Numbered from the stretch's first letter, positions 1 to 9,710 are shown. The stretch: 55,304 nt of DNA from a bacterium (GCA_050125095.1 JASFEA010000003.1:1-55304), one strand, 5' to 3'. The notes: generated by a model not told the origin, from the sequence alone. Made by a program: numbers and translations.

Positions 1-492
1 GAACATCTCCAGCACCTCGCCCGGAGTGACCGCCGGCTCTTTCCCCCTGGGATTTGCGCTGGGCGCGGCGAGCGGCACGCCGCAGGCTCCGAGGATACAC
101 TGGCTCAGCGTATCATTCGGGACGCGCACCCCTATGGTGTCGCCACCACCCGTCACATACGCGGGAGCCGCCTCCGACGCTTCAAAGAGTATCGTCACCG
201 GGCCCGGCCAGTGCTCCGACATAAGGCGCAGGTGGGCCTTCGTGATTCTGCGGGCGAGTTCGGACACCCAGCCCGCGTCGTCGACGATTACGACAAAGGG
301 TTCTCCCGCCCCGCGGCTCTTGATGCGTCTCAGGTTCGCCACCGCGCGCTCCGAGTAGATGCTTGCGGCGAAGCCGTATACAGTGTCGGTGGGAAAGCAG
401 ACTATCCCTCCCGATGCTATGACCAGGGCCGCGTGCGATACGGCCTCCCACTCGGGCAGGTCTCTCGTGATGCTGATGACCTCTGTATGCAT
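1..492 (-). CDS. tsaC: L-threonylcarbamoyladenylate synthase, YrdC/Sua5 family (N-terminal part; C-terminus lies beyond the window start)
   Basis: Own reverse-strand translation from ATG at 492: MHTEVISITRDLPEWEAVSHAALVIASGGIVCFPTDTVYGFAASIYSERAVANLRRIKSRGAGEPFVVIV...GVPLAAPSANPRGKEP. The FPTDTVYG and PSAN motifs are typical of the YrdC fold. Not in the ORF track because it is open at the window edge. Confidence 0.8.
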   Translation of the reverse strand, partial: MHTEVISITRDLPEWEAVSHAALVIASGGIVCFPTDTVYGFAASIYSERAVANLRRIKSRGAGEPFVVIVDDAGWVSELARRITKAHLRLMSEHWPGPVTILFEASEAAPAYVTGGGDTIGVRVPNDTLSQCILGACGVPLAAPSANPRGKEPAVTPGEVLEMF

Positions 493-501
493 TCCGATAC
501 C

Positions 502-1812
502 CTAGAAGCTCAGAAAAGCAAACCTCAGAATGAAAAGAACCGCGAGAACGCAGACAATCGGGTTAAGGTCCCTGTACTTCCCCGAAAAGAGCTTGATAAG
601 CGGGTAGCTTATGAAGCCGATTGCTATCCCATTTGCTATGCTAAACGTCAGAGGCACCGCAATCAAGGTAAGAAACGCGGGGATGGCCTCGTCCGGCGCC
701 TCCCACTTGACTTTCTTCACCACCGTCATCATGAGGCTCCCCACTATTATGAGCGCGGGCGCCGTTGCGGCTCCCGGCACCATGGCCGCGATGGGGGAGA
801 TGACGACGCACATGAAGAAGAGCACGCCGGCCACGCATGCGGTTAGCCCCGTTCGCCCTCCCTCGCTTATACCAGCCGCGCTCTCTATATAAGTGGTGAC
901 CGTCGATGTCCCGAGAAGGGAGCCCACGATGGTCCCCGTCGAATCCGCCAGAAGAGCGCGGTTGGCGCGCGGGAGCTTTCCCTCCACCATGAAGCCGCCC
1001 CGCTCCCCGATGCCCACCAGAGTGCCCATCGTGTCGAAGAGGTCGATGAAGAGGAAAACAAAGACCACGTTCAGAAGGCCGAGTTTCACCGCCCCCTTAA
1101 GGTCCAGCGCGAAGAACGTTGCCCGGTAGTCCGGGACGCTGAGAAGCCTCTCCGGAATCTCGACCCGGCCCGACAGGGCGGCGACAAGCGTGGTGATGAG
1201 AATGCCGAACAATATGGCCCCTTTGACTTTCCGCGTCATCAGCACGCCCGTTACCACGAGACCGAACATGGCCAGTAGCGCCTCGGGCGACCTTATGTCC
1301 CCCAGGGTGACCATCGTCGACTGGCTCAGGGCTATGAGATTGGCCTTCTGCAGCCCCATCATGGCGATGAAGACTCCTATGCCCGCCGCGATTCCCACCT
1401 TGATGGCCTGCGGCACGGCGTTTATGAGCATCACCCTTATGCGCGAGAAAGTCAGCACGACGAATATGCATCCCGATAGGAAGACGCAGCCGAGGGCCAC
1501 CCTCCAGGCGTCCCCGACGCCCAGCGTCGCGGCTATGAACGGCACCGCCGTATAGGCGAAGTAGGCGTTGAGTCCCATGCCGGGCGCGAGTGCGAAGGGG
1601 TAGTTGGCGAAGAGGCCCATCACAAGCGAAGCGATCCCCGCCGAGACGCATGTCGCGAAGAGGACCGCGTCGAAGGGCATTCCGGCGTCGGCCAGCATGG
1701 CCGGGTGCACGAATATCACATAGGCCATCGTCATGAAGGTGGCGAAGCCCGCGACAACCTCTGTTCTGATATTCGTTCCGTTCTCCTCAAGCCTGAAGAT
1801 CCGTTCCAGCAA
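502..1812 (-). CDS. NCS2-family purine (adenine/guanine/hypoxanthine) permease
   Basis: 436-aa polytopic ORF. MLERIFRLEENGTNIRTEVVAGFATFMTMAYVIFVHPAML and PGMGLNAYFAYT resemble AzgA/PbuG-type NCS2 permeases. Confidence 0.85.
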   Translation of the reverse strand: MLERIFRLEENGTNIRTEVVAGFATFMTMAYVIFVHPAMLADAGMPFDAVLFATCVSAGIASLVMGLFANYPFALAPGMGLNAYFAYTAVPFIAATLGVGDAWRVALGCVFLSGCIFVVLTFSRIRVMLINAVPQAIKVGIAAGIGVFIAMMGLQKANLIALSQSTMVTLGDIRSPEALLAMFGLVVTGVLMTRKVKGAILFGILITTLVAALSGRVEIPERLLSVPDYRATFFALDLKGAVKLGLLNVVFVFLFIDLFDTMGTLVGIGERGGFMVEGKLPRANRALLADSTGTIVGSLLGTSTVTTYIESAAGISEGGRTGLTACVAGVLFFMCVVISPIAAMVPGAATAPALIIVGSLMMTVVKKVKWEAPDEAIPAFLTLIAVPLTFSIANGIAIGFISYPLIKLFSGKYRDLNPIVCVLAVLFILRFAFLSF

Positions 1813-1821
1813 TCCGCCCTC

Positions 1822-2718
1822 CTATGATTCCGGTTCCACGTGCACCATTACGTCGCTCACATGCTCTATGCTATCTCTGAGATGGAACTTCACCCTGGTT
1901 GCGATGTCGTGGCCCTCCGTGACGGTGAGGCCGCCGTCAACTTGTATGTCCACGTCGAGGAAACGGGCGTGCCCGACTCTGTGCACTCTCGCTCGCCTGA
2001 CTCTACGGACTCCTGGAACCACAAGTACTTCCTTCTGTATGGTCTCGATGGTCTCCTCTGAAGGCGCCTCATGGATTATCTCTCCCAGATTGCTGCGTAT
2101 CAGGGTCACGGAGATCCTTATAATCATGTAGGACACGAAAAGACCTGCGATGGGATCCAGATATAAGTACCCCATTCTGGCTCCGGCTATTCCGATGAGG
2201 GCCGCGATCGAGGAATAGACATCCGCCCTGTGGTCCCAGGCATTTGCTATCACACTGGGGCTGTTGGACTTCTTGCCGACCCTGAAGGTGTATCTGAACA
2301 TCACCTCTTTGAGGATTATTGAGAAGATCGCCGCGTATAGCGCCACCGGGCCAGGCCTCGATAGCTCTCCATTTCCAAAAAGACACCGCACGGCACCGAG
2401 TCCAGCTACGATGCCCGTGGCAAGAAGTATAAGGATCACGCCCAATGCTACAACGGTGTCGATGCCGCCGTGGCCGTAAGGATGTTTCTCATCGGGAGGC
2501 TTGGCCGAAGCCTTGAGACCCATGTAGACAATGCCTGTAGATACCACATCTGTGGCGGAGTTCAGAGAATCGGCAAGCATTGCCTGGCTCTTTCCCAGAA
2601 TCCCGGCTGTCATTTTTACGGCGACCAGACACACGTTCACCCACAGCCCGATCTTGGTGCAGGTCTGCGGGGAATACAGCCCCCCTGTCGAAGGGGACCT
2701 TTGTCTGTGTGCCCTCAC
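1822..2718 (-). CDS. cation diffusion facilitator (CDF) family metal efflux transporter
   Basis: 298 aa. TM domain with LADSLNSATDVV and HPYGHGGIDT, plus a C-terminal cytoplasmic domain (HRVGHARFLDVDIQV). The start overlaps the purE stop by 4 nt. Confidence 0.85.
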   Translation of the reverse strand: MRAHRQRSPSTGGLYSPQTCTKIGLWVNVCLVAVKMTAGILGKSQAMLADSLNSATDVVSTGIVYMGLKASAKPPDEKHPYGHGGIDTVVALGVILILLATGIVAGLGAVRCLFGNGELSRPGPVALYAAIFSIILKEVMFRYTFRVGKKSNSPSVIANAWDHRADVYSSIAALIGIAGARMGYLYLDPIAGLFVSYMIIRISVTLIRSNLGEIIHEAPSEETIETIQKEVLVVPGVRRVRRARVHRVGHARFLDVDIQVDGGLTVTEGHDIATRVKFHLRDSIEHVSDVMVHVEPES

Positions 2719-3179
2719 TTGTTCGCCAGCTTGCGCTTGTAGGCCGTGAGCTTCTTCTCCAGGTTCTTGTCGCTGAGCGAGAGTATCTGCGCCGCGAATA
2801 TCGCCGCGTTCTTGGCGCCGGCCCTGTCTATCGACATCGTGGCCACAGGCACTCCGGTGGGCATCTGCACTATCGAGTGCAGAGAATCGAGACCCGAAAG
2901 CGGCGAGTTCGAAAGCGGGACCCCGATCACCGGCAGCGTCGTGACAGCCGCTATTGCGCCCGGCAGGTGGGCGGACATGCCGGCGCCCGCGATGAAGACC
3001 TTGATGCCCCGCCTCCTCGCGCTCCTGGCGAACTCAGCAGTCTTGACCGGATTCCGGTGGGCAGACATCACGAACAACCTGTGAGTTATGCCGAACTCAT
3101 CGAGCATCTTGCCGGTGAGCTCCATTACCGGCATATCCGATTTGCTACCCATTACTACCGCCACGTCATACTTCGCCAC
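2715..3179 (-). CDS. purE: 5-(carboxyamino)imidazole ribonucleotide mutase (class I PurE)
   Basis: 154 aa. Motifs VAVVMGSKSD, MSAHRNP, GAGMSAHLPG and LPVIGVP; the SAHR motif points to class I. Confidence 0.9.
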   Translation of the reverse strand: MAKYDVAVVMGSKSDMPVMELTGKMLDEFGITHRLFVMSAHRNPVKTAEFARSARRRGIKVFIAGAGMSAHLPGAIAAVTTLPVIGVPLSNSPLSGLDSLHSIVQMPTGVPVATMSIDRAGAKNAAIFAAQILSLSDKNLEKKLTAYKRKLANK

Positions 3180-3181
3180 GC

Positions 3182-4477
3182 CTAACGTACCTCCGTCTTG
3201 GCCAGCAGAGCTATGCCCTTATCTCCTATGTCGCTTCTCATATACTTGCCCTCGAATTCCACCAGGCGACTGCCGTCATAGGCTCTTCGCTGGGCTTCCC
3301 TGAGAGACCTGCCGCAACCGGTCACCCCCATCACGCGCCCGCCCGATGTCAGGAGAGCGCCCGAGTCGTCCAGCCTGGTACCGGCGTGGAACATCTCGAC
3401 TCCCTCAGCGGCAGAAGCCCTGTCGAGCCCGCTTATGGGCTTGCCCTTTTCATAAGGGCCCGGATAACCGGCCGATGCAAGCACCACGCATACCGCCCAC
3501 TTGGACGGCTCGACCACGCTGCTCTCCCACAGTCTGCCCTCGGCTGCGCGCGCGAGGACATCGCCGAGGTCTATATCGACGGCCGGGAAAATCGCCTGTG
3601 CCTCCGGGTCGCCGAAACGGACATTGTACTCTATGACCGATATCCCGTCCCTGTTCAACATCAACCCGGCATAGATCACTCCCCGGTATGACATGCCTTC
3701 GGCCCTGAGCCCCTTCAGAGTGCGCTTGAATACGTTCCTTTCTATATCAGCCAGTGTCCCGGCGTCTACGAGGGGCGCGGGGCAATAAGCTCCCATCCCG
3801 CCGGTGTTGGGACCCTCGTCTCCGTCGTAAATGGGCTTGTGGTCCTGCGACGGCGGCAGTATCAAGTAGTTCTCCCCGTCCGTGATCGCAAGTACCGAGG
3901 CCTCCTCCCCGCGAAGCCGCTCCTCGATCACGACGGTCTCACCGGCGTCACCGAAGATGCGCTCTTCCATTATACGCTCAACGGCGCGATGCGCACCCTC
4001 ACGCGTGCCCGTCACAATCACGCCCTTGCCCCTGGCCAGGCCGTCGGCTTTGACTACGACCTGGGTGCCGGAACTCTCAATGTAGGCATGTGCGCGTGCC
4101 GGGTCTCTAAATACCTCGAACCTGGCCGTCGGCACCGAATGCCTGGCCATGAACTCCTTCGCGTAAGCCTTGCTGCTTTCGAGCCGCGCGCAGTCCGCCG
4201 TGGGCCCGAACACGGTCATGCCCTCCCCGGCCAGCCGGTCGGCGAGACCCGAGGCAAGCGGGTTCTCGGGCCCGACGACCACCAGATCGGGCGGGTCGTC
4301 CCTCGAGAATGCGACCAGGGCTTCGACGTCTTCGGCGTCGACGTCCACGTTGCGCCCCAGGGACGCCGTGCCGCCGTTGCCGGGAAGGAACACGAGTTCC
4401 AGGTCGCCGGCCGCCCGGGCCAGTTTGTACCCAAGCGCATGCTCCCTGCCGCCTGAACCGACTACTATTGTCTTCAC
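3182..4477 (-). CDS. purD: phosphoribosylamine--glycine ligase
   Basis: 431 aa. GTG start at 4477 preceded by GGGGAGG. MKTIVVGSGGREHALGYKL and ATP-grasp motifs. Confidence 0.95.
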   Translation of the reverse strand: MKTIVVGSGGREHALGYKLARAAGDLELVFLPGNGGTASLGRNVDVDAEDVEALVAFSRDDPPDLVVVGPENPLASGLADRLAGEGMTVFGPTADCARLESSKAYAKEFMARHSVPTARFEVFRDPARAHAYIESSGTQVVVKADGLARGKGVIVTGTREGAHRAVERIMEERIFGDAGETVVIEERLRGEEASVLAITDGENYLILPPSQDHKPIYDGDEGPNTGGMGAYCPAPLVDAGTLADIERNVFKRTLKGLRAEGMSYRGVIYAGLMLNRDGISVIEYNVRFGDPEAQAIFPAVDIDLGDVLARAAEGRLWESSVVEPSKWAVCVVLASAGYPGPYEKGKPISGLDRASAAEGVEMFHAGTRLDDSGALLTSGGRVMGVTGCGRSLREAQRRAYDGSRLVEFEGKYMRSDIGDKGIALLAKTEVR

Positions 4478-4532
4478 GCAGACCTCCCCTTGAAGCCGGT
4501 TGTGTCAGATACGGACTGATCGAACTGCCTTG

Positions 4533-5021
4533 CTATTTCAGTCTCACCACTCTGCGGTAACCCGAAGCGTCCATCGCCCTGTCGAGCTCTTCGATGCTGT
4601 CGATGACCACTCCCCTCGATGCGGAGGCGTGAACGACCTCAGTCCTCGAAATGGCTATCCCCACATGGTCGGGCGGCTTGCCGAAGAAAACCAGGTCGCC
4701 GGTGCGAACGGAACGCCTCGACGTGGGCCGCCCCTGTGTGAACTGCTCCGCCACAGTCCGCGGCAGGCTGACGCCCAGCGAGCCGAAGACGGCCTGAACG
4801 AGCCCGGAACAGTCGACTCCCGTTATGCGGGTCCCTCCCGACCTGTATGGAACGCCGTGGTATATGCTGATCTCGTTGAGAAGATCGTCGCGGTTTACCA
4901 CGGGAAGATCGGAATCCGACGCGCTCTTGTCCGTCGTGTAAAGCGGGCTGGCCCTGCCCGAACACGAGACCGCCGCAACCAGTGCGCAGGCCGCGAGAAG
5001 TAAGACCTTCTTCGTGGTCAT
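4533..5021 (-). CDS. NlpC/P60-family cell-wall peptidase lipoprotein
   Basis: I start it at ATG 5021 (MTTKKVLLLAACALVAAVSCSG, lipobox-like VSC) rather than at the track start 5294. Contains YRSGGTRITGVDCSGLV (catalytic Cys) and GDLVFF...HVGI (His). The ATGA overlap with the larA-like stop indicates translational coupling. Confidence 0.75.
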   Translation of the reverse strand: MTTKKVLLLAACALVAAVSCSGRASPLYTTDKSASDSDLPVVNRDDLLNEISIYHGVPYRSGGTRITGVDCSGLVQAVFGSLGVSLPRTVAEQFTQGRPTSRRSVRTGDLVFFGKPPDHVGIAISRTEVVHASASRGVVIDSIEELDRAMDASGYRRVVRLK

Positions 5022-6325
5022 GATCTCACCACCGGCAAAAGCCCCCACGCCCTCGGGAACACATAGACTCGCGCGCCCGGCCCCGCCAAGGCCTCCGCCT
5101 TTGACATCGCGTCGGCGATGTCTGAGGCCGGGGTTACTCCCAGTTTCCGGACCGTGTCTTCCGGAAGCTCCGACAGCAATATGATATTGACGCGTTCGCG
5201 CTTCTGCATGAAAGAGAGAGCTGTGTGGCCGTTGAGTTCGTAGTTCCGGTAGAGATTGCGCATGACCTCTCGGGAGTCTCCGTACTCGAACCACGGTAGG
5301 AATGTGTCCGACCCGATGCCCTCAGCGCAGGCCAGCACGCCCACGACGACTCCGCCGTCCCTCACGCTTAGAGCGGCGTGCTCCAGCGTCTTGTGCGCCT
5401 GGATGACGTTCATATCGAGCGGATGCCCGCCCGCGCTCGCAACGGCGACGTCGCAGCGCCCGTCAATACGGCACTCGAAGAGATCGCGCACAACCTCAGT
5501 CCCGGCGGCGTGCGACTCGAAGAGGTCGCCGGATATCACTCCGGCCGTCTGTCCCCAGCCGTCGCTTATCACATTGACAAGGTACACGGCGCTCCTGAGG
5601 AACCCTGCCGCCTCCACCATGTCCTCATGCACCGGATTGCCGCGCAGGGTCCCGCTACTGCAATCCGGGTTCATATCACCCGTCCCGGTGAGCGTCAACC
5701 TGTGGTTGTTCTCGACCATGGCAGCGCTCGCGGCTCCCGGTATGATCATCTTCCTGCCGCCGGTGAAGCCGGCGAAGTAATGGAATGCGAGCCCGCCTAC
5801 GGCGACCACGAGGTCGGACTCGGCGACCACGCGGTTCACCTCGACGGGCGTGCCTCGCGATGTCCTGCCGAGACTGACGAAGTTCTCCCTGCGCCTGCCG
5901 TCGTTCTGATATATTTCGAACTTCTCAAAAATCTCATCCCCCACAAGCGGCCTTATGTCATCCTCCCCGTGCAGGGAGTGAATGCCGCAGGAGATGAAGA
6001 TCCTTATGTCCCCCTCACCGAAGCCCGCGGATACGAGCCGCCTGATAAGAAGCGGAAGGATGTCCCTGGCTATGGGGGGGCGCGTCTTGTCCGGTATGGC
6101 GATGGTCACCGACCGCTTTCCCGAGGCCAGGTCGCTGAGGTGCGGGGAGCCGACAGGATGTGCGAGAGAACGCTCAAGAAGACTCTCGACCGGCTCGTTG
6201 TTCGAGGTCTTGCGGGGAAGCAACACGTCGACGCCGCCGCTGTGAGGGAGTTCCAGACGCACTTCCCCCTTTCCATAACCGAGACCTATTCCGTCAGTAT
6301 GCGGCCGGTCTGATTTCCCTTCCAC
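5018..6325 (-). CDS. LarA-family nickel-pincer-cofactor-dependent racemase/epimerase (DUF2088)
   Basis: 435 aa, GTG start. IGLGYGKGEVRLELP, IPDKTRPP, CGIHSLH, FHYFAGFTGGRKMIIPG and ENNH correspond to the conserved LarA cofactor and catalytic motifs. Confidence 0.8.
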   Translation of the reverse strand: MEGKSDRPHTDGIGLGYGKGEVRLELPHSGGVDVLLPRKTSNNEPVESLLERSLAHPVGSPHLSDLASGKRSVTIAIPDKTRPPIARDILPLLIRRLVSAGFGEGDIRIFISCGIHSLHGEDDIRPLVGDEIFEKFEIYQNDGRRRENFVSLGRTSRGTPVEVNRVVAESDLVVAVGGLAFHYFAGFTGGRKMIIPGAASAAMVENNHRLTLTGTGDMNPDCSSGTLRGNPVHEDMVEAAGFLRSAVYLVNVISDGWGQTAGVISGDLFESHAAGTEVVRDLFECRIDGRCDVAVASAGGHPLDMNVIQAHKTLEHAALSVRDGGVVVGVLACAEGIGSDTFLPWFEYGDSREVMRNLYRNYELNGHTALSFMQKRERVNIILLSELPEDTVRKLGVTPASDIADAMSKAEALAGPGARVYVFPRAWGLLPVVRS

Positions 6326-6331
6326 AACCGC

Positions 6332-6361
6332 AGTCTACCCGGCGCGTTCGGCCTGAGTCAA
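6332..6361 (-). promoter_or_regulatory. candidate sigma70 promoter, TTGACT-N18-TAGACT, ending 6 nt before the larA-like GTG
   Basis: Minus strand: TTGACT (6361-6356), 18-nt spacer, TAGACT (6337-6332), then GCGGTT and GTG at 6325. No Shine-Dalgarno can fit in between. Confidence 0.35.
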
Positions 6362-6451
6362 CCCCCTATCGGGCGGCCTGTTCCGGGTCTCCTGCCACGA
6401 GAGGCCGCCTCTGTTCATGCGGTTCGACTCCAAGCCCGCCACGGGCAAGCG

Positions 6452-9385
6452 TCAAGCCCGCATTTCGTTCTGCCGGAGCGGTATCCCCAGCTTCTTCATC
6501 TTGGCGATGAGCGCCGGCCGGCTGATATCTCCCAGGGCTCTTGCCGCGTGCGTCTTGTTCCAGTCATGTTGCCTGAGGGCCGCCAGTATTCGCCTCCTCT
6601 CCACCGTGCGCACTTCGGCCCGCAGCGTCGGCTTATCCGTCCCCTTCCCCAGCCCCGTAATGCACGGGGAGAGGACATGGCGCGACACCGGTTCGCGCGT
6701 CGGAGTCAGGGTTACAGCCCGCTCTATCTCATTCTCGAGCTGGCGTATATTGCCCGGCCAATCATAGCCGGACAGGGCGCTCAGGGCGTCGGTCTCGATG
6801 CTGGTTATCCGTTTCGACATGCGCGCCGAGAACCGCCTCAGGAAGAGCCGGGCCAGGAGGTGTATGTCGGCCTCCCTTTCCCTCAAGGGCGGCAGCGAAA
6901 CCGAAACCACGTTGAGCCTGTAATAGAGGTCCCGTCTCATCCTACCTTCCGCGACTTCCACGTCAAGCCTGCGGTTGGTCGCGCTGACAAAGCGAACGTC
7001 GATACTCCGGGGCGCCGTGTCGCCCACTCTCCTGATCTCGCCGGCCTCCACCGCCCTCAGCATCTTGGCCTGGATTACGGGGCTCACGTCGCCGACTTCG
7101 TCCAGAAAGAAAACACCTCCATGGGCGGCTTCAAGAAGCCCGCGTTTCTCGCCTTTCGCGCCGGTGAACGCGCCTGACCTGTGCCCGAAGAGCTCGCTCT
7201 CCAGGAGATGCTCGGGAAGCGCGGCGCAGTTCTGAGCGACAAACGGGCGGCCCGCCCTTTGGCTCAATATGTGAACCGCTCTGGCCACCAGTTCCTTGCC
7301 GGTTCCCGTCTCCCCTGTGATGAGGACATTAGCCGAGCTTTCGGCGATCCGCGGCAGAGAGAACAGAATGTCTTTCATGTCCGGATCGGCCGATAGTATC
7401 CCGCATATGCAGACGGGAATGCATGCGCGCTCGGCCTTGCCGAGCGCCGATCCCAGAACAGGCAACAGCCGCCCGACTTCGTAGTTGGCTCTGACTACTC
7501 GATCGGCCGCCGAACCGGCGCCTCCGCACACCGGGCGGTCCCAGGTGAGGATGACGAAACCTCTTAAGCGGCCATCCCCGACCGGCAGGGCAAGCAGCGC
7601 CCTGACGTCCGGGGCGGCGAGGTCTCCCCGGGTGGCGGCCACATCACTCATCAATACCGTGCCCGGCATTTCCGGCCCGATGCGGCGGCCGAGTTCCGCG
7701 ACTCTCTCCGGGGTCAGCCCGATGGCGTCCACCACCCTGACGGCCCGGCCGCCCGCCGACTCGACAATCGCCAGACCCGAGATGCCCACTCTCGACGATA
7801 GCATCGCATACGCCTCGCGCGGCGAGGCGGGGACCTCCCGGGACGACTGCGCAAGAACGCCCGCCAGTTCGGCGTCTATTCTCGACCTGACTTCTCTGGC
7901 GCGACAGCCCGCCGTGCCGCCCTCCGCCGCGCGCTCCGCTCTCTCCACCTGCTTGAGGGCCTGTTCATGGCGCCCGGCCCGCAGGTAGGCCTCGGCGAGG
8001 TCGCAGTGCACCGGTGTCATACGCCCGGTGAGGCCGCAGGATATGAATCCTTCCAGCGCCCGCTCGAGATGGCGCGTGCTTCGCTCATGGCCCTGTCCGC
8101 ATGCGGCGCATGCGCGCGCAAGAAGATGGGCCGTAATGGCGGCCTCAGCAACCGCTCCTACGCGCCTGAAGACACGTTCGGCCTTCTCGAGGCCCGCAAT
8201 CCGTCTGGAGCGGTCCGGCTCCGCCAGGGCGATTGTCCTCCGGCATCTCGCCACTTCGAACCTGTCGCCGATGTCGCGCGCTATCTTCATCGCTTCCCGC
8301 GCCACGCGCCCGGCGGCCTCGTTTCGGCCCCGGGCAAGCTCCAGATCGGCCATCCTGGACTTGACCTCGGCTTCGACATCCCTGCACTGGGGAGGAGCCT
8401 CGTCCGCGCATTTCTCCAGAACGGCCCCGGCTTCGTCCAGGTCCCCGGTAAGCGTGAGAAGCTCGCCGAGGGTCTCAAAAGCCACTGCTGTTGCACGCGG
8501 GTCCTCAAGCGACTCGGCTTTCTCTATGGCCTCATTCAGGAGCTCCCGGGCCCGGTCGAAACCGCCGATCAGCATTTCTATCCTCGCGCGCGTAATCACC
8601 CCGAGCACTCTGAGCCGGCTCAGGTTGAGGGACTCCGCTATGCTTATTGCCTCGGAGATCGCCTCCCGCGCCTGCCCTGCTCTACCGGTCTTGTAGGCCG
8701 TATTGGCGAGATTGAGAAGGCGCACGGCCAGGCTCGCGTCGTTCTTCTCCCGCCTGGCCGCTGCCACGGCCTTCTGGAGATAACGCGAAGAGATATTGAA
8801 CCTGCACAGGTTCTTGTATGCTATGCCCAGGTTGTTGAGCGAGTTCCCGAGGCATGTGAGATCGTCGCACATTCGCGCGAAAGTGGCCGCCTGCTCGAAG
8901 CATCTCACCGCTTCCCTCCACTTACAGATCCGGAGGAGCACATGGCCCAGAACCAGGTACACGCGCGCGTCCCCCCGTCTCGCACCCGTGTGCTCTTCGG
9001 CTCTCACCGACGCGCACACTTCGGCGGCCTCACCGTACCTTCCCAGAAGACACAGAAGCGTAGCCTTCTCTGCCAGCAAGTCCCGCCGCCCGGTCGCCTT
9101 GAAGCCCTCCATGACGTCTGAGAGAAAACACAGCGCGTCCTCATGCTTGCTCTGCCTCCTCAGACAGTCGACCACTTTGAGGATGATATCCCTCTTGGCC
9201 GACGCGTTGTCTCCGGCGACCCTGCCGAGCGCCTCTTTGTAATAGGCCAGCGCATCCGATAGATTGCCTACTGATAGGCATAGATCTCCCAGATCAACTT
9301 GTTGCTCAGTTTCTCTATTATCAGTCCCATCCCTGGGAAATTGTCTTCCTTGGATAGAAGTCTCGGGTAGCCTTGGATCACGCAT
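6452..9385 (-). CDS. sigma-54-dependent transcriptional activator with long N-terminal TPR region, GAF-like domain, AAA+ domain and C-terminal Fis-type HTH
   Basis: 977 aa. NVLITGETGTGKELVARAVH (Walker A), ESELFGHRSGAFTGA (GAFTGA loop) and C-terminal NKTHAARALGISRPALIAKMKKLGI (HTH). N-terminal ~450 aa are Ala/Leu/Arg-rich TPR-like repeats. No receiver domain. Confidence 0.85.
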   Translation of the reverse strand: MRDPRLPETSIQGRQFPRDGTDNRETEQQVDLGDLCLSVGNLSDALAYYKEALGRVAGDNASAKRDIILKVVDCLRRQSKHEDALCFLSDVMEGFKATGRRDLLAEKATLLCLLGRYGEAAEVCASVRAEEHTGARRGDARVYLVLGHVLLRICKWREAVRCFEQAATFARMCDDLTCLGNSLNNLGIAYKNLCRFNISSRYLQKAVAAARREKNDASLAVRLLNLANTAYKTGRAGQAREAISEAISIAESLNLSRLRVLGVITRARIEMLIGGFDRARELLNEAIEKAESLEDPRATAVAFETLGELLTLTGDLDEAGAVLEKCADEAPPQCRDVEAEVKSRMADLELARGRNEAAGRVAREAMKIARDIGDRFEVARCRRTIALAEPDRSRRIAGLEKAERVFRRVGAVAEAAITAHLLARACAACGQGHERSTRHLERALEGFISCGLTGRMTPVHCDLAEAYLRAGRHEQALKQVERAERAAEGGTAGCRAREVRSRIDAELAGVLAQSSREVPASPREAYAMLSSRVGISGLAIVESAGGRAVRVVDAIGLTPERVAELGRRIGPEMPGTVLMSDVAATRGDLAAPDVRALLALPVGDGRLRGFVILTWDRPVCGGAGSAADRVVRANYEVGRLLPVLGSALGKAERACIPVCICGILSADPDMKDILFSLPRIAESSANVLITGETGTGKELVARAVHILSQRAGRPFVAQNCAALPEHLLESELFGHRSGAFTGAKGEKRGLLEAAHGGVFFLDEVGDVSPVIQAKMLRAVEAGEIRRVGDTAPRSIDVRFVSATNRRLDVEVAEGRMRRDLYYRLNVVSVSLPPLREREADIHLLARLFLRRFSARMSKRITSIETDALSALSGYDWPGNIRQLENEIERAVTLTPTREPVSRHVLSPCITGLGKGTDKPTLRAEVRTVERRRILAALRQHDWNKTHAARALGDISRPALIAKMKKLGIPLRQNEMRA

Positions 9386-9411
9386 TACTAACCTCCCCGC
9401 AATTCTGCCTT

Positions 9412-9687
9412 TTACTTCTCCAAGAAAAACTCTCTCCCGGGGAACCTGACCTTGATGTTCAGGCGCTTTGCGCGCCGATTGTCGGTTCTCTGCCCCAGCT
9501 TCAGAGCCAGCCGCCCCTGGGAAGTCTTGAGTCTCGAGCCCATGCCGGGCTCGTCATGCTGTTTCGCCGATTGCACCTCGTCCGGGTCCCCGGCCCGCTT
9601 GCTGGGAACCCTCCGGGCTTGCGCTCCGGTGCCTGCGGCGATAACGAGAAACACGATGGTCACAATGACGATGAGAAATTTCTTCAT
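9412..9687 (-). CDS. small basic protein with N-terminal signal/anchor helix (hypothetical)
   Basis: 91 aa, MKKFLIVIVTIVFLVIAAGTGAQA followed by a Lys/Arg-rich tail. Strong SD (TAAGGAGGCGAGGGCATG). Ends 26 nt before the activator start, which has its own GGGGAGG SD. Confidence 0.55.
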   Translation of the reverse strand: MKKFLIVIVTIVFLVIAAGTGAQARRVPSKRAGDPDEVQSAKQHDEPGMGSRLKTSQGRLALKLGQRTDNRRAKRLNIKVRFPGREFFLEK

Positions 9688-9710
9688 GCCCTCGCCTCCT
9701 TAGTGCCTTA

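Noticed and set aside
211-846. Plus-strand 211-aa ORF spanning the tsaC/permease junction.
   Set aside because: It overlaps two minus-strand genes that have clear family motifs, and its own translation has no recognisable features.
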